Made by a program: the position numbers and the translations under genes. The notes beneath the pieces were generated by a model. The model made no database searches. It was not told the DNA's origin and worked only from the letters and a program-made list of their open reading frames with translations. Positions 59,716-64,000 of a stretch of DNA of 64,000 nucleotides are shown here, piece after piece. Position 1 is the first letter of the stretch; each line of letters opens with the position of its first letter. Source of the stretch: Blepharisma stoltei ATCC 30299 (lineage: Eukaryota; Protista; Ciliophora); NCBI GenBank assembly GCA_965603825.1, contig CBFDEM010000005.1:806001-870000 (forward strand), written 5' to 3'.

Positions 59716-59809
59716 TTTATTTTCGCTTTTAAATAAATAATTCTATATCTCTTCTTTATTTTGGTGCTATAATTTAAAGCTTTATTTTGTATTTGTAGAA
59801 TTATAAGTA

Positions 59810-60592
59810 ATGGATCTTAGCAGAAATCCTAATAATCAAAACCCTTACGCAAATTGCAACATGCAGCCCTATAATCGTAATGACAATCAATGGCCTGGTT
59901 TTGCTCCTCCAAATTTTGCTCTTCCGAATCATCAAAATCTCCTGTCAGAAGGTATCTCCCCGCTTGACCCTGGCTTTGATGCCGGAGTCCTCGACGACAG
60001 GAATTTAAGGCATGCTGAGCTTCAACACGAAAGATGAATGGCAGCTGAAAATCACAGCCACGAGCAAAAACTGGCAATGATAAACGCTTATACCCAAAGC
60101 TATGAAAGCCAGCTAAACTATCATAAAGAACTCGGCACAAAGAGCATGGAAGTCAGCCTTGAGCGCTTCAGAGAAGATGGGAGACTGAAATCTGAAAGAA
60201 GGAAAAACAAGACCGACCTAAAAATCAAAGTAATGGAAAATGAAACAGAAAGAGCCAAAAACCAGGAGGAAGCAGAAACCAATAGAATTACTAGCAACAA
60301 TAATAAAGAAATCGAAAATTGCAAATCAAATACTGAAAGAGAAATTGAAAAATGCAAACAGGAATGCAATAGAGATATTCAGAAATCTCAGTTTGAGTCT
60401 CAAGTTTCAAGTGAAAGAATTAGATCGGATACGCAAATACAGTGTGAGAAATATAAATATGATGCTAAAGTTCAGGAAAAGAAAATTGATAGAGAGATCG
60501 CACTTTTCGGAACATTCAACCAACTCTTCGATAAAGGCACGTCACTAATGAAAAATGCTGCAGGTTTATCTCTAGCAGGGAAAAAAGAATAA
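59810..60592 (+). CDS. Coiled-coil cluster gene 2 (N/P/Q-rich N-terminus)
   Basis: Joined by TGA (60035-60037). Confidence 0.8.
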
Positions 60593-60697
60593 CCATGATT
60601 AAGTCTAAGGATCGAATGGTTAAGAATTTGAAATTTTACAGAATAAGGCACTTGGTGCATTAATTTTAGCTGAAAATTATTACAGTGCTCAATGAAA

Positions 60698-61393
60698 TTA
60701 TTGAATAAATCGCCTTAGCCATTCAGGAACATATGAACTGCTGCTGTCTTGCTCAATCTCCCTGATTTGTTCCTCCTGCTCTCTTCTGATTTTTTCTATT
60801 TCTTGAGCTTCTCTTTTTCTTATTAATTCCAATTCTTTTTCATGCTGGTTTTTCCTGATTTCTGACTCTAAAGCGCACTGTTTTTTTAGATTTTCAATAT
60901 ACTCTTGTGTTTCCAATTTTAGCTTTTTTATTTCCTCTTCATCCTCTTGCAGTCTTTCTGCATGTTCTTTGGCCATTCTCTCTCTTTCCTCTTGTATTTT
61001 TCTTTCTTCAGCCAGCAGCTGGTCCATTTCTCTTCTGAACTTAGCTTCATTTAATCGTCTTTGCTCCCTGATTTCTCGTATCGCTTCTTCGTCCATCATT
61101 CTTCTCTTCGTCAAGGCTTCTTCATATAGCCTTATCATTTCTTCTTTTAGCTTCTTCTGTGCTTTCGCGAACTCCTTCATTTTTTGCCTCTGTTCATTAT
61201 CAACCTGTTCTTTTGATTTCCTATATTCACTCTCTGAATTTATCATTTCTCTCCTATGGAACTCTTTCAGCTGCTCCAATTTTGCCTTATATTCTTCTTC
61301 CATACGTCTAAAAGCCTCTTCTTTGCTTACAAAGACGACTGAGACTTCTTCTGGCGTGACGATGATTTCTTGTATGAAATATTCGTAGCTCAT
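60698..61393 (-). CDS. Coiled-coil cluster gene 3 (E/R/K-rich)
   Basis: Clean ORF. Confidence 0.8.
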   Translation of the reverse strand: MSYEYFIQEIIVTPEEVSVVFVSKEEAFRRMEEEYKAKLEQLKEFHRREMINSESEYRKSKEQVDNEQRQKMKEFAKAQKKLKEEMIRLYEEALTKRRMMDEEAIREIREQRRLNEAKFRREMDQLLAEERKIQEERERMAKEHAERLQEDEEEIKKLKLETQEYIENLKKQCALESEIRKNQHEKELELIRKREAQEIEKIRREQEEQIREIEQDSSSSYVPEWLRRFIQ

Positions 61394-61409
61394 CTTATAT
61401 TCTATAAAA

Positions 61410-62204
61410 ATGTCATACCCGCAGCATAATCAAATCAGCAGACAAGCTCCAGTTTTTAGCCATGGGCCGTTTGATAAAGCATTTAATAAAGTAAAAAACT
61501 GTGCCAGCTTTGGAATTAGAGTCACAGGGGAAAGGATGGCTTTGGATCAAGAATCTGGAGAGTGAAAACAGTATTCTCAAGGATTCGAAATTAGAGGGGA
61601 ATCTGAAGAAGTCGCTAGAGAAAGAATGGAAAAAGAAATGGCCTTGGAAATTGAAAAGATAAACTATGAATATCAGTTCAAAGCAAGCCAGGAACTCCAA
61701 AAAATGATATTTGCAAAGTCCAAGCTTAACGGCGAATATGAAGAAAGGATAAACGAAATCGAAGCACAAGCTCGTTTGTATAAGGAGCAGCTCGATAGAG
61801 ATCTGAAAATGTTTGAAAACGAAGTTGAGCACGCAATCAAAAAATCAGGCTTAGATGGAGATCGTCAGATTAGTGAAATGCAAATGGAAACCCAAAACCA
61901 AGCAATAGCAAATAATGGGCAAGTAAACTTAAATAGAATCGATGTCCAAAGGCAGGTACAAACCAGAGAGCTAAATGCACAGAAAGAAATCAATTTAGCA
62001 AGAATGGCAATTGATAAGCAGTTAGCAGATATCGAAAATTATAAAAGAAGCCAGTTTGAAAAAGAAGCAAATAATTATGAAAAAGATAAAAATCAATTGG
62101 AATGCAATTTTAGAGCCAATATGGCCAGGCTGGAATCTGAAAAGCAGATTGCTATCGCACAGAAAAGAAATAAAAGGAGATGGTATCAATTCTTCCATAG
62201 TTAA
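61410..62204 (+). CDS. Coiled-coil cluster gene 4
   Basis: ATG at 61410, one TGA=W, joins ORF 61626-62204. Confidence 0.8.
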
Positions 62205-62565
62205 TTCTAATAAATTATAGAAATCTCAGAAAATTCACTATTTTTAATTTAAAGAGTAGCAATAGCGTCTAAATCATGCTGATTATGGCAAAGCAATTAT
62301 TGGGTATTCATCAATATTAATTCTCTTTTCTGATATAAAAGTTAAGGTTCTGAAGATAGCAGTCTTACAAGAAATGAATTAACTCCATTGTCAATGCCAA
62401 TAAACAAAAAGAGAAATAAAAGCTAAATTATATTTTACAATGTAAAAGTTAAACTAGCATATGACTACAGAGATTAAAAAAAAGAATATATCGAAAAAAT
62501 ACGACGATAAAAAAATACAAATTATGGATATTTAGCTACATTAACTGACTATTAAAAATATAGAA

Positions 62566-63954
62566 ATGTCAGGAAATTCGATTCTTTTCCAAATTACAGA
62601 AAATCCAAGAGATCTCACAAACTTGTACTTTGACCCTCAGCTTCACTATTGGATGGTAAATTTCCCACAAAGGCGATTGACTTTTGTGTGTGAATCCTGT
62701 GGCATTGCTCTTAATCAAAATTCACATGATTTTCTAAATCAGCAAATACTTAGTAGCTATCTTGATCTGATTTTTGATGAAAACGTGATAAAAATCGCTA
62801 TGAAAGACCCCAATTCGCAGTGCTTACTAGATATTTCTAATTTAAAAAGCACGACTTTTGAGCTGATATCTTTAAGCATAGGCGGATTTAGCTGCTCAAT
62901 AGGGATTACAAATGGTGAGCTAAAATTTTATACAATTATTGATGGCGAAATTTTAAGTGAGCGCAGCTGCTTGGCTAACAATATTATTATAGAAGATTGA
63001 ACCTTAAAACAATCCCTAGAGTATTGGCACTCTGAAAAAATGCTTGATGCTCGTCAAGAGGGTGAGACTATCATTCTCTCAATAAAATGCAAAGATCGCC
63101 CTGTGCAGCTTTTAGAACAAATAGATGAAAGAATTGAAGCTGAAATAAAGAATTCTGAGAGCCAAAGCCTGAATAGAGTCCAAATGCTTCCTCAGATTGA
63201 AAAAAGATCAATGGACATGGTGTTTAATCACCTTACCCAAAACGGAGGAAGGTTCACAATTGAAAGCCAAGGGTGTCAGACCTTAACGGACGCCTATGGC
63301 AACATTATTAGTATAGAAGACCCTGATACGGTAATTTCTTACCAAAATCTTGAAGTCATAGCCTATAATTACAAATGCAAATTGCAAGTTGTGAGGCACA
63401 AGTTTGAAATGAAAGAAAAAGAAATTAGTGATAACTATGGAAGAATTTATGAATTGAAAGAATTTGAAATGGAAAACGCAATTAAGATCAAAAATGCTGA
63501 AAGCCAGGCAGAAATAGAACATACTGAAAATAAGTATCGTCACGAGTTTGATATGCTGAAGCTCTCCCATAAGAGAGACATTAAACACATGAGAAAACAG
63601 CAGACTATACAAGAAAATCAGCTATTAAACGATTACGAAAGGGAAAAAAGAAACACCAACAGAGATGTTGAACTTAAAAAAAGCCAATATACAAATGAGG
63701 CGTCCACCTTGAGAGAAAAAAACATGATAGCCCAGAAAAACATGATTAATATGGTGAATCAAACCAAGCTAGAGTGTCTGAAGAGGATTGCCAACTTTAA
63801 GCTCGCTGAGCAGCAAGAAATCAACAGGACGAACATTAATATTACCAAACTGAAGCAGGATCATGAACTGAGGCTAACTAGAGAAAGAAATCAAAGAGAA
63901 GTTAATAATACAAAATCAAAATGGAGTTTTCTTCCTAGATTCTCCGTTTTTTAA
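62566..63954 (+). CDS. Coiled-coil cluster gene 5, with an extra N-terminal globular domain
   Basis: Joined by TGA (62998-63000). Confidence 0.8.
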
Positions 63955-64000
63955 AGGAAATCTAATTAATTTCTTACTTATGACTATGAATAATAATTAT

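Noticed and set aside
58855-63954. Calling the coiled-coil cluster flotillin/SPFH, trichohyalin or viral
   Set aside because: No SPFH domain or viral hallmark gene is recognisable. The resemblance is limited to low-complexity charged coils.
1-64000. Mass pseudogenisation or selenoprotein interpretation of the many in-frame TGA codons
   Set aside because: TGA falls at conserved Trp, not Cys, positions in essential genes, and frames continue to TAA/TAG.

Overview
AT-rich, extremely gene-dense eukaryotic DNA that behaves like a heterotrich ciliate macronuclear chromosome, most consistent with Blepharisma (inference). TGA reads as Trp: it sits at invariant Trp positions of Rab, SH3, Myb, claudin-like and CBS domains. 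Every gene end I could define is TAA or TAG. The introns I found are 15-16 nt GT..AG with an A six bases from the 3' end. The supplied ORF track is therefore fragmented, and rereading with TGA=Trp plus tiny introns gives about 50 genes. Recognisable ones include a choline-transporter-like protein, acyl-CoA oxidase, Sec61-beta, PIG-T, an RPA32-like protein, a flavodoxin-fold quinone reductase, a cNMP-binding protein, an ATD-less iGluR-like channel, kintoun/DNAAF2, an R2R3 Myb, an ion-channel-fused adenylyl cyclase, four START proteins, a Rab, an alpha-CA-like protein, PHB2, an RCC1-repeat protein, a TRAF-type Zn-finger protein, RanBP1, mitochondrial L12, SAS-4/CPAP, DUF229 and a TTLL. The best candidate for an undescribed system is a five-gene cluster at 58855-63954 of divergent coiled-coil proteins. 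Several of them share an N-terminal helix/beta-hairpin module, and all end in hydrophobic, aromatic or basic tails. No rRNA, tRNA, CRISPR, telomeric array or intact transposon was seen. All family calls are by motif recognition; no database searches were run.
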